Positions 47,874 to 56,570 of a DNA stretch of 64,000 bases are shown piece after piece. How positions within the stretch are numbered: position 1 is the first letter of the stretch; every line of letters starts with the position of its first letter. Made by a program: the position numbers and the translations under genes. Source of the stretch: a virus (taxonomy: Duplodnaviria; Caudoviricetes); IMG/VR virus record IMGVR_UViG_3300028591_000109, positions 1-64,000 of that record. One strand, 5' to 3'. The notes beneath the pieces are model-generated. The model saw nothing but the letters and a program-made list of their open reading frames with translations. It made no database searches and had not been told where the DNA came from.

Positions 47874-49516
47874 ATAAAAAATTAACGCGCATGAAACAAA
47901 TAACTGCATTATACATCGACCTGTTCTGCGGGGCAGGCGGCACGTCGAGCGGCGTGGAGTATGCGCGGCTGGACGGGAGGAAGTGCGCCGAGGTGGTGGC
48001 GTGCGTCAACCACGACGCGAATGCCATCAAGTCGCACAAGGCAAACCATCCGCACACGCTCCACTTCACCGAGGACATCCGCACACTGGAGCTGTCGCCG
48101 ATGTTGAAGCATCTGGAGAAGAAGCGCCGGCAGTACCCCAAGGCAAAGGTGGTGCTGTGGGCGAGCCTTGAATGCACGAATTTCTCGAAGGCGAAGGGCG
48201 GACAGCCGCGCGATGCCGACAGCCGGACGCTGGCCGACCACCTGTTTCGCTACATCGAGGCGCTGCAGCCCGACTATATCCAGATTGAGAACGTGGAAGA
48301 GTTTATGTGCTGGGGTGCGCTCGACGAGAACGGCAAGCCCGTGAGCCGCGACCAGGGCAGCGACTACCTGCGGTGGGTGAGACAGGTGCAGGCCTACGGC
48401 TACGACTTCGACTGGCACGTGCTGAACGCTGCCGACTTCGGGGCCTACACAAGCCGTAAGCGCTTCTTCGGGCTGTTTGCTAAGAAGGGACTGCCGATAG
48501 CGTTCCCACATCAGACGTATGCCAAGCAGACCGTGGCTTTTGCGTCGCAGGCCGTCGGCAACCTCTTCCCCGACCAATACAAGCCGTGGCGGGCCGTGCG
48601 CGAGGTGCTCGACCTCGACGACGACGGCGAGAGCATCTTTGTGCGCCGCAAGCCGCTATGCGAGAAGACGCTGGAGCGCATCTATGCCGGACTGGTGAAG
48701 TTCGTGGCGGGAGGCAAGAAGCAGCACGAGGCGTGGATATTGAAGTACAACTCGATGAACCAGCAGAACCACCACAATGCGCCGTCCATCGACGAGCCGT
48801 GCCCCACGGTGGCTTGTCAGAACAGACTCGGACTGGTGAAGTGCCAGTTCCTCTCGAAGCAGTTCAGTGGCGACCCCGACAGCAAGAACATCGACATCGA
48901 GCAGCCCGCCGGCACCGTGACCACCATCGACCACCATGCCTTTGTGACGGCATACTATGGTAACGGATTCAACTCGTCGATTGACAGTCCGGCGCCCACC
49001 GTTACCACCAAGGACCGGATTTCGCTGGTAACGACAAAGTTCATGGATAACCAGTACGGCAAGAGTAAGCCGTCATCTATCGACGGGCCAGCGCCGACGC
49101 TTGTCAACAATCCCAAGCAGAAGATTGTGTCGGCGCAGTACCTGATGAACCCTCAGTACCAGAGCAACGGCGGCAGCATCGACAACCCTTGCTTCACGTT
49201 GATAGCGCGGATGGACAAGATGCCGCCTTATCTGATTACCACCAAGGAGGGTGCGGTGGTCATCGCCATCTATGAGAGCGACAGCCCGTGGACGCGCAAG
49301 GTGAAGGAGTTCATGGCCGCATACGGTATCGTTGACATCTGTATGCGTATGCTGAATATCGGCGAGCTGAAGCGCATCATGGGCTTCCCCACCGACTACG
49401 TGCTCATCGGCACCCAGGCCGAACAGAAGAAATACATCGGCAATGCCGTGGAGGTTAACATGAGCCGCGTGCTCTGCGAAGCCCTATGCAGGAAAATTAA
49501 GAATATGAACAAATAA
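47870..49516 (+). CDS. C5-cytosine DNA methyltransferase with five TRD-like repeats
   Basis: DLFCGAGG, ASLEC, IENV, R.R.F, RML...EL..IMGFP, IGNAV; repeats S/D-I-x-x-P-x-x-T. Confidence 0.9.
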   Translation: MNKKLTRMKQITALYIDLFCGAGGTSSGVEYARLDGRKCAEVVACVNHDANAIKSHKANHPHTLHFTEDIRTLELSPMLKHLEKKRRQYPKAKVVLWASLECTNFSKAKGGQPRDADSRTLADHLFRYIEALQPDYIQIENVEEFMCWGALDENGKPVSRDQGSDYLRWVRQVQAYGYDFDWHVLNAADFGAYTSRKRFFGLFAKKGLPIAFPHQTYAKQTVAFASQAVGNLFPDQYKPWRAVREVLDLDDDGESIFVRRKPLCEKTLERIYAGLVKFVAGGKKQHEAWILKYNSMNQQNHHNAPSIDEPCPTVACQNRLGLVKCQFLSKQFSGDPDSKNIDIEQPAGTVTTIDHHAFVTAYYGNGFNSSIDSPAPTVTTKDRISLVTTKFMDNQYGKSKPSSIDGPAPTLVNNPKQKIVSAQYLMNPQYQSNGGSIDNPCFTLIARMDKMPPYLITTKEGAVVIAIYESDSPWTRKVKEFMAAYGIVDICMRMLNIGELKRIMGFPTDYVLIGTQAEQKKYIGNAVEVNMSRVLCEALCRKIKNMNK

Positions 49517-49527
49517 AAATTAAGCGT

Positions 49528-50475
49528 ATGAAAATCTTATCAAGACCTAAGAAGAATGCCCAGGAGTATGGCAGATGGGCGGTGAACCCGTACCTCGGAT
49601 GCACGGGAGGCTGCCTATACTGTTACAGGAATACCGGCCCCGGGAAAAAGGTCATCGGAGGTTCGGCAGTCCGGCTGAAGAAAGGTGTGGTGAGTAACAA
49701 CCATGCCTATCACCTGGCGATGGCTGAAATCATCGAGTACAAGGACGAAATCATCCGTGACGGAGGGCTGTTTATGACCTTCACGTCAGATCCCTGTTTG
49801 CCAGAGACCAATAAACTATTCACGCAGATACTTGCAGACTGCATCCGCGACCACGGCATTCCTGTCACGTTACTCACTAAGCATTATGCGGATGTATATT
49901 CGTGGATAAATGAACTGAGAATAGAAATTCACACCTTTTTTGTCGATGGTGGCGAAAGTCCGGCGAGATATAACTGTGACAATCTAAGCCGCCTTGCTAT
50001 CGGCTATACCCTGACGGGTCACGACGAGCTGGAACCTAACGCCCCTTCTAACGCTAATCGCATAAAGGATATGGCGCATATCAAGGACTTTATCGGTGGC
50101 GACAAATTCCACGTCTGGGCCAGCATCGAGCCGGTCATTGACTTCGACTCCAGCTTCCGCATGATACAGCAGGCGCTCGACGCGGGCTGCCGGCACTTCA
50201 AGATCGGACTGATGACCGAGCGCACGAAGGTGTGCCGACGGGGCTTCACGCTGGGCGGCAAGACCTTCGAGCCCTACGACCCCGCCCGCTGCCTGGCCTT
50301 CGTGCAGGACGTGATGCAGCAGACCCGCGGCCGCGCCACCGTCTATTGGAAGCAGTCGTTCCGTGAATTTATCGGCGGCACCGGCAAGCACCGCCTGTTC
50401 ACCGACGACGAGCTGCACAAGATCTTCGACGACTATCCCAATTCCGTCGGCAAGGACTGGAACTTCTGGAAATAA
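49528..50475 (+). CDS. Radical SAM protein (SplB/DUF5131-like)
   Basis: NPYLGCTGGCLYCY, TSDP, LLTK, WASIEP. Confidence 0.75.
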   Translation: MKILSRPKKNAQEYGRWAVNPYLGCTGGCLYCYRNTGPGKKVIGGSAVRLKKGVVSNNHAYHLAMAEIIEYKDEIIRDGGLFMTFTSDPCLPETNKLFTQILADCIRDHGIPVTLLTKHYADVYSWINELRIEIHTFFVDGGESPARYNCDNLSRLAIGYTLTGHDELEPNAPSNANRIKDMAHIKDFIGGDKFHVWASIEPVIDFDSSFRMIQQALDAGCRHFKIGLMTERTKVCRRGFTLGGKTFEPYDPARCLAFVQDVMQQTRGRATVYWKQSFREFIGGTGKHRLFTDDELHKIFDDYPNSVGKDWNFWK

Positions 50476-50519
50476 AGAATTACATCATCCATCAAACATC
50501 AAACATCAGACATCACATT

Positions 50520-50693
50520 ATGGTACATTTCGGAAAGAAGCAGGACGACGAACTGCAGATCATCGTCACCGGCCAGGACATCGAGGCCCTGCGCCGCATG
50601 ATTGTCTCATCCTCGCTCATGGAGCGCCGCACGTTCTATGGGCTGAAAGAGTACATTGAAACGGAGTATAAGGACATTATCACCAAACAATGA
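50520..50693 (+). CDS. Small hypothetical protein (57 aa)
   Basis: Translated by hand, MVHFGKK...; ATGA overlap with the next gene. Confidence 0.55.
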   Translation: MVHFGKKQDDELQIIVTGQDIEALRRMIVSSSLMERRTFYGLKEYIETEYKDIITKQ

Positions 50694-51085
50694 AAACAAA
50701 AGAACAACTGGAGCGCTGCCGCATGAAGCCTTCACCGACGGCAATGGCAGCAACCGCAGCCCTGGTGGGCTACGAGGGCGGCGAGGGACTACTCACGCCG
50801 CAGTACATCGAAGACGAGCACGGTGTCTATTCCACCGGCATGTTTCTCTACAAAGGCAAGCAGATTATCATCACCATCGACGACGGACTGTGGCACCTCT
50901 CGGCATCGTCGAACCACACGCTGGGCTACTACGAACTGAAGGAACTGCGCTACGAATTCATGCCCGACGACATGACCGTGGCCCAGATATTCCCCCGCCG
51001 CGAGTCGTTCGTCAACCTGCACGAGAACTGCTTCCATCTGTGGCAGCTCCGACCAGGAGCCTACAGCGAGGAGCCAGAGGAATAA
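50690..51085 (+). CDS. Conserved phage hypothetical protein
   Basis: WHLS.S...QIFP....VN.H.NC.HLW motif. Confidence 0.7.
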   Translation: MKTKEQLERCRMKPSPTAMAATAALVGYEGGEGLLTPQYIEDEHGVYSTGMFLYKGKQIIITIDDGLWHLSASSNHTLGYYELKELRYEFMPDDMTVAQIFPRRESFVNLHENCFHLWQLRPGAYSEEPEE

Positions 51086-51112
51086 GAGTAATAACAACAA
51101 AACAAAACGATT

Positions 51113-51679
51113 ATGAGCACAAAAGCAGCAATCAAGATTACCAAGGGAGGGCGCACGGCGTGGTTCTACCGCCATGCCGAAGGCCACGAGAACGGACTGG
51201 GACTGGAGCTACAGCAGCTTATGGACTCCTCGTCAAGAAGACTCACGCTGTCAAACGTGGTGCAACTGATTATCAAGTCGGTGCCGGAAGTTGAACTGAC
51301 CGACGAGCAGCCTGACTACGTGTACTACGGCTACGTGATGGACCTCGACGCCTGGACGCTGAAATGCTACTACCTTATCGACCAGGCACACCCCGGCTGG
51401 CGCGACGAGAACGAGGTGCCGATACGGCGCGAGAACGGCTTCATAGACCGACTGGTGAAGACCATGCGCGGCAACGAAGACGTGCTGGCCTACTGCGCCG
51501 GCATCGAGCGCGAGGGCAATACCGACTATTTCCACTTCCTCGGCATCGGCGGCGACCGCTGGACCACTCCACTCCGCGAGGCAGACGTGTGCCTGCTGGA
51601 GGACAATGCAGCACTCACCGAGATAAAGCGTATGTTCAGGCAGATGGCAGAGAAGACGAAAAAGGAGGACGGCGTATGA
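51113..51679 (+). CDS. Hypothetical protein (YRH..G motif)
   Basis: MST.A.I...YRHAEG...G.G..L. Confidence 0.7.
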   Translation: MSTKAAIKITKGGRTAWFYRHAEGHENGLGLELQQLMDSSSRRLTLSNVVQLIIKSVPEVELTDEQPDYVYYGYVMDLDAWTLKCYYLIDQAHPGWRDENEVPIRRENGFIDRLVKTMRGNEDVLAYCAGIEREGNTDYFHFLGIGGDRWTTPLREADVCLLEDNAALTEIKRMFRQMAEKTKKEDGV

Positions 51680-52074
51680 AGATTATAGACCGCGAGACAT
51701 TCAAGCGGATGCCGAAAGGCACCGTGTTCTGCAAGTTCCCAAGGCTGAACAAGCAGACGAACAGCTACGACAACTATCTGTTCAGCATACAGACGCCCTG
51801 CATACTCGACGGGCCATGGGACGTGGACTTCTATAGCACGGAGATAGGCAACCTTGACGCCTGCGCCGCACAGTCTGATTCGGAGAACGACGACATCCTC
51901 ACAGACATGGAGCAGCATCTGGGCAAGGAATATCCCTTTGAGCACTGGACGGGGCGCGACGGCATGTTCGAGGACAACGACGAGGTGGGCTTTGCCATCT
52001 ACTCGCGTCAGGAGGTGCAGCAGATGATTGACCTGCTGCAGCAAGCCCTCAAAGACGGCTATCAAGAAGAATAA
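51676..52074 (+). CDS. Hypothetical protein
   Basis: MKIIDRETF..MP.GTVF...RDG.F motif; ATGA overlap. Confidence 0.7.
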   Translation: MKIIDRETFKRMPKGTVFCKFPRLNKQTNSYDNYLFSIQTPCILDGPWDVDFYSTEIGNLDACAAQSDSENDDILTDMEQHLGKEYPFEHWTGRDGMFEDNDEVGFAIYSRQEVQQMIDLLQQALKDGYQEE

Positions 52075-52135
52075 TTTTTAATCTAATTTTTAACTAATTT
52101 CCCTGCGACAGCAGGCTTAAAAAACAAGAACGATT

Positions 52136-52690
52136 ATGAGCAGTGAAGAAAAATGGTTGCCCATAAAGGATGCACCAGAAAGTTACGAGGTAAGTTCTTT
52201 AGGGAATGTGCGCTCTATCGGCTTTAAGAATCAATGGGGATTCCACCGACGAAAGAGTCCAAAGATGCTCAAACCTCAATACAATTACAAGGGATATAAG
52301 ATGGTTATGCTTTGCATCAAGAATAAAAAAGTTGGCAGACTTATCCACCGTCTCGTCGCTGAAGCCTTTATCGGATTATTAGACGGCAAAGAAGTAAACC
52401 ACGTCAACGGAATTAAAGATGATAACCGCGTAGAGAACCTGGAACTTTGTACTCACTCCGAAAATATGCAGCACGCATATCATGTACTCGGAATCCCAGC
52501 CACTCGGCAGCGAGCATATAGCGCGAAGCGAAAGGCCATCCAATGCCTTGATAGCAATGACCAGGTTGTAGCAGAGTATATGAGCGCAAGAGAAGCCGCT
52601 GAGAAAATCGGGCATAGCCACGCTCAAATATCTATTGCGGCTCGGAAGGAAGGAGAAGTGTATGGTTTCAAATGGAGATATAAACAATAG
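52136..52690 (+). CDS. NUMOD4-HNH homing endonuclease with NUMOD1-like C-terminus
   Basis: W.PI...YEVS..G.VRS; IHRLVA.AF; VNH.NG.K.DNR..NLE; SA.EAA; lower GC than neighbours. Confidence 0.9.
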   Translation: MSSEEKWLPIKDAPESYEVSSLGNVRSIGFKNQWGFHRRKSPKMLKPQYNYKGYKMVMLCIKNKKVGRLIHRLVAEAFIGLLDGKEVNHVNGIKDDNRVENLELCTHSENMQHAYHVLGIPATRQRAYSAKRKAIQCLDSNDQVVAEYMSAREAAEKIGHSHAQISIAARKEGEVYGFKWRYKQ

Positions 52691-52708
52691 TATTTAATTA
52701 ACAAAGAA

Positions 52709-53173
52709 ATGATTATGAGACAGATTCAAGCAACATGGTTTGAGTGCAAGATTCGTTACGAGAAGACAATGGAGGACGGCTTGCAGAAGAAAGTGACAGA
52801 ACAGCATGTCGTGGATGCCCTCAGTTTCAGCGAGGCCGAGCAGCGCATCATCGAGGAAATGTCCGCCTACATCAGCGGTGAGTTCGAGGTGACCGACGTG
52901 AAGAAGGCACCTTACAAGGAGGTGTTCTTCGACGACAAGAGCGACCGCTGGTACAAGGCCAAGCTCGCGTTCATCACCATCGACGAGAAGACGGAGAAGG
53001 AGAAGCGCAGCAACGTCACCTACCTGGTGCAGGCCGCCACGCTCGACGGCGCCGTAACCCACATCAACGAAGTGATGGACGGCACGATGATAGACTACGA
53101 GAAGTCGAACATCGCCGAGACCAAGATTATGGATGTCTTCGAGTACAAGAAAGAGGAGGACAGCGAGGTGTGA
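52709..53173 (+). CDS. DUF4494-like Bacteroidota protein
   Basis: WFECKIRYEK..E.G..KKV.E...VDALSF.EAE.RI. Confidence 0.8.
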   Translation: MIMRQIQATWFECKIRYEKTMEDGLQKKVTEQHVVDALSFSEAEQRIIEEMSAYISGEFEVTDVKKAPYKEVFFDDKSDRWYKAKLAFITIDEKTEKEKRSNVTYLVQAATLDGAVTHINEVMDGTMIDYEKSNIAETKIMDVFEYKKEEDSEV

Positions 53174-53281
53174 TTTTTTAAACACGAATTGCCACGAATT
53201 GAACACGAATTTTTCACGAATAATCATTTATGGAAATTCATGGATAATTAACGGCAATTCGTGTTAAAACAAAAACAAGCA

Positions 53282-53707
53282 ATGAAGAAACAGAAAGTTT
53301 ATATCTCTGGCCCGATGACTTCGAGCGACAGCGAGGAGCAGGCGCGGAACGTTCAGGCGTTCCACGACTGCGCCACGCTGCTGCGGGCCTCGGGCTGCCG
53401 ACCCGTGAACCCGGCCAACGCCTGGCCCTGCCGGTTCAAGTGGCTCTACAAGGCGATGGAGCGCCTGCTGGGCGAGGACGGTGCCTACCGCACGGTGCTC
53501 GTCTATGACCTCTGGCTACTGTCCCGCTCGGACAACATCTGCATGATAGACGGCTGGCAGCTGTCGCGCGGCGCAAAGATTGAGGAGGGCTTCGCCTTCC
53601 GTCTCGGCATCGTCCGAAGTCACACCTACGACCCAAAGCAGAAGAAGCTCATGCCCTTTCAGAAAGACAAGAAGAAGCGTAAATTAGAAACATCAAACAA
53701 AGAATAG
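53282..53707 (+). CDS. DUF4406 / nucleoside deoxyribosyltransferase-like protein
   Basis: KVYISGPMT...VNPA...GW..SRGA.IE. Confidence 0.8.
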   Translation: MKKQKVYISGPMTSSDSEEQARNVQAFHDCATLLRASGCRPVNPANAWPCRFKWLYKAMERLLGEDGAYRTVLVYDLWLLSRSDNICMIDGWQLSRGAKIEEGFAFRLGIVRSHTYDPKQKKLMPFQKDKKKRKLETSNKE

Positions 53708-53711
53708 CAAA

Positions 53712-54122
53712 ATGGATCTTACAGGAACAATCATTCAAGTGATGCCCGCACAGTCGGGCGTCTCGCAGCGTAGCGGCAATCCGTGGATGTCGCAGGAGTA
53801 TGTCATGGAAGTGCCCGGCCAGTGGCCGCGCCACATCGTCTTCCGTATCTTCGGTGAAGACCGCATCAAGCAGTTCAACATTCAGCAAGGCGAGCAGAAC
53901 GTCACCATCCAGTTCGACATCGACGCACACGAGTACAACGGTCGCTGGTTTAACGAAATCCGCTGTTACAACGTGCTCCGATCAGTCGGGCAGCAGCCGT
54001 ATCAGCAGCAGGCTCAGCCGTCAGCCGTCAGCCCTCAGCCATCGCCGGCCCCATTCCCGCCGCAGGTGAACGCCCAGGGCCAGCCAGCAGGACAGCAGGG
54101 AACCGACGACCTGCCGTTCTGA
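53712..54122 (+). CDS. DUF3127 single-stranded DNA-binding protein
   Basis: G.S...GNPW..QEY...FDIDA.EYNGRWFN; C-terminal DDLPF. Confidence 0.85.
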   Translation: MDLTGTIIQVMPAQSGVSQRSGNPWMSQEYVMEVPGQWPRHIVFRIFGEDRIKQFNIQQGEQNVTIQFDIDAHEYNGRWFNEIRCYNVLRSVGQQPYQQQAQPSAVSPQPSPAPFPPQVNAQGQPAGQQGTDDLPF

Positions 54123-54194
54123 TACAGGGTCGCTACGCTCGAAATTATTTTTAAAATTATTATTTAAAATTTTATTTAGAATTTATTTGGCGAT

Positions 54195-54776
54195 ATGACA
54201 GACAACGTAAGACAAGAGACATTCGACCTCGTGACCATGACGCGGCAGGCCCAAGAGAACGTAAAGGACAACCGCGAGTATAAGAAACTGAGCAAGGAAC
54301 TGGCACAGCTCAACCCACGGCGCGACCTGCTGAAGTACCAGCTCGTGCAGACCAAGATGCGCTACATGGAGCAACAGGAGCTGGAGCGGCTGCAGCAGCG
54401 GGAGATGAACCGCCGCAAGGACATCAAGGCAATAGCCGAGATGCTGCAAGGCGAACAGCGACAGCAGTACGACGAACTGCTGTCGGGCATCTCGCTGCTG
54501 CTCGACCTGATGGACTCGACGTTCAGCGACCTGAACCTGCTGCTGATGCGCAACAAGGTGGGCATACAGATAGACAAGTTCCCCGAACTGCAGGCCGCCC
54601 GCAAGATGCTGTGGGACATGGCGAACGACGAGCAGGACAAGATGCCGCAGTACCGACACGACCTCTGGGCCGACGAGAGCGAACGGCTCTACAAGCACCT
54701 GCGCGACCGCATGGCCATATACCGCCGCAAGGTGGAGCGCGAGGAAGCACGGATGGATAAGCAGCAGGGCGCATAA
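54195..54776 (+). CDS. Helical hypothetical protein
   Basis: GCGATATG start. Confidence 0.7.
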   Translation: MTDNVRQETFDLVTMTRQAQENVKDNREYKKLSKELAQLNPRRDLLKYQLVQTKMRYMEQQELERLQQREMNRRKDIKAIAEMLQGEQRQQYDELLSGISLLLDLMDSTFSDLNLLLMRNKVGIQIDKFPELQAARKMLWDMANDEQDKMPQYRHDLWADESERLYKHLRDRMAIYRRKVEREEARMDKQQGA

Positions 54777-54809
54777 CGTATTCACACATATAATATATAT
54801 AAGAGCGAT

Positions 54810-55880
54810 ATGACACATGCATCAGTATTCAGCGGCATCGGCGGCCCGGAGGTGGCGGCAAGCATGCTCGGATGGGAGAACCTGTTCCACTGCGAGATCA
54901 ATCCCTTCGGTCGCGCCGTGCTCGACTACTGGTACCCTAACGCAGAATCGTATGAAGACATCACAAAGACAGACTTCACAGAGTGGCGCGGACGCATCGA
55001 CGTGCTCACAGGCGGATTCCCCTGCCAGCCGTTCAGTTTTGCCGGGAAGCGACGAGGCGCGGATGATGACCGCTACCTCTGGCCTTTCATGTTTAAGTGC
55101 ATCGACCAGATCAGACCCACTTGGGTCGTTGGTGAAAACGTTGCTGGCATCGTCACGATGGTCGAGCAGGGCCAGACTATTGACATGGCGGACGCGCCAA
55201 CTTTGTTCGACGAGGACGGTGCCGTTCACCGATACGAATACCGCAGCACCTTCACCCTCGAACGAATCTGCCGTGACCTCGAAACGCACGGATACGATGT
55301 CCAGCCGGTGCTTATTCCAGCTTGTGCCGTCGGAGCCCCTCACAGACGAGACCGAGTGTTCATCGTCGGACGTAGAATTTCTGCCGACACCGAAAGCGTC
55401 GGACAACTCGACGGGGATAGGCAAGAACGAAGTGCCATACTTGGACGGTCACATCTGGAGGCGACCCAACGGGGTGTCGATGCGACTGAGTTCTATGGCA
55501 AATCGGAATCTCCTGCCGACACCTCAGATGCAGGACTACAACACGGGCATCAGTCAGAAGGCGAAGGCTGCAAAACTGGAGCGATACAAGGACAGGGGCA
55601 TAATCCCTTCTGGGACGTATATGCTCAGGCAGATGGCTATCGAGGGGAAACTGCCGAAGCCGAATGGTCTGGTTGTGCCGGAAACGGACGGTGGCAACAC
55701 TTCCCGACTGTCTCCCCTGTTCACCGAGGAAATGATGGGCTTCCCTTTGATGTGGACTGCCTTACCATACCTTTCACCAAATGGCGCAACGAGGCCCTCA
55801 AAGCCTACGGCAACGCCATCGTCCCGCAAGTGATGTACGAGATATTCCGCGCTATCGAGCAAGTAGAAAACGAAAGATAA
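54810..55880 (+). CDS. C5-cytosine methyltransferase alpha polypeptide (motifs I-VIII and X, no motif IX)
   Basis: SVFSGIGG, GGFPCQ, ENV, PHRRDR, YGNAIVP. Confidence 0.9.
   Translation: MTHASVFSGIGGPEVAASMLGWENLFHCEINPFGRAVLDYWYPNAESYEDITKTDFTEWRGRIDVLTGGFPCQPFSFAGKRRGADDDRYLWPFMFKCIDQIRPTWVVGENVAGIVTMVEQGQTIDMADAPTLFDEDGAVHRYEYRSTFTLERICRDLETHGYDVQPVLIPACAVGAPHRRDRVFIVGRRISADTESVGQLDGDRQERSAILGRSHLEATQRGVDATEFYGKSESPADTSDAGLQHGHQSEGEGCKTGAIQGQGHNPFWDVYAQADGYRGETAEAEWSGCAGNGRWQHFPTVSPVHRGNDGLPFDVDCLTIPFTKWRNEALKAYGNAIVPQVMYEIFRAIEQVENER
54817..55833 (+). CDS. Overlapping +1-frame beta polypeptide carrying TRD repeats and motif IX (true start uncertain)
   Basis: 338 codons open; LPTPKASD, LPTPQMQD, RLSPLFTEEMMGFPLMWT. 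Confidence 0.7.
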   Translation: MHQYSAASAARRWRQACSDGRTCSTARSIPSVAPCSTTGTLTQNRMKTSQRQTSQSGADASTCSQADSPASRSVLPGSDEARMMTATSGLSCLSASTRSDPLGSLVKTLLASSRWSSRARLLTWRTRQLCSTRTVPFTDTNTAAPSPSNESAVTSKRTDTMSSRCLFQLVPSEPLTDETECSSSDVEFLPTPKASDNSTGIGKNEVPYLDGHIWRRPNGVSMRLSSMANRNLLPTPQMQDYNTGISQKAKAAKLERYKDRGIIPSGTYMLRQMAIEGKLPKPNGLVVPETDGGNTSRLSPLFTEEMMGFPLMWTALPYLSPNGATRPSKPTATPSSRK

Positions 55881-55882
55881 TA

Positions 55883-56293
55883 ATGACAATGACAAAGAAA
55901 ACATCAACACCTATTGACCCGGAGTTCCAGAAGTTCTGGGACGCATACGGCCTGAAGCGCGACCGTGTGGCCGCCGAGCGGGCGTGGCGGAAGCTCTCGA
56001 AGGGCGACCGCCGCGCCGCCCTTGCGGGCATCGCCCGCTACCGCGACGACTGCGAGGCACGGGGCATCCAGCGCATGTACGCCCAAGGCTATCTGAACCA
56101 CCGACGGTGGGAGGATGAACAGGAAGACCCCACCCCGACCCTCCCCTGTATGGGAGGGAGTGATATGCACAGAAGCGACGCCACCGCCGCCAAAGGTAAC
56201 TACTCCCCTCCATCACAGGGAAAGGCTACGGGTAGGCGCGACAGCGGGAATGAGGACGGGGGTGGGTCTCTCCCCGACATGGCGATATGGTGA
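55883..56293 (+). CDS. Phage replication-protein C-terminal-like domain with REP-derived tail
   Basis: F..FW.AY..K.....AE.AW.KL...YLN.RRWEDE. Confidence 0.65.
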   Translation: MTMTKKTSTPIDPEFQKFWDAYGLKRDRVAAERAWRKLSKGDRRAALAGIARYRDDCEARGIQRMYAQGYLNHRRWEDEQEDPTPTLPCMGGSDMHRSDATAAKGNYSPPSQGKATGRRDSGNEDGGGSLPDMAIW

Positions 56294-56381
56294 CGCTTAT
56301 TTCAGGCCGACAGGCCGAATAATTTTTAATCTAATTTTTGAATAATTTCTGCCCGACAGGGCATCCCAAAACAAGAAGACA

Positions 56382-56570
56382 ATGACACAGAAAATCATCT
56401 ACTACTTAGTCCTGGCGCTGGTGCTCGTAGCAGTGCCGATGGCCCTTGCCTGGCTGCTGCCTATCCGCCTGATGGTGGGCGTGCTGGCCGTTACCCAACT
56501 GCTCACGCTTATCATCGTGGGCGCAGTAATCCAAGACCTAAAACCCCGCAAAGACCATGAGCAAGAATAA
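56382..56570 (+). CDS. Small 2-TM membrane protein
   Basis: Two hydrophobic helices. Confidence 0.65.
   Translation: MTQKIIYYLVLALVLVAVPMALAWLLPIRLMVGVLAVTQLLTLIIVGAVIQDLKPRKDHEQE

Noticed and set aside
52136-52690. HNH gene inside a group I intron
   Set aside because: Flanking genes are intact and the spacers are too short for a ribozyme; it is a free-standing endonuclease
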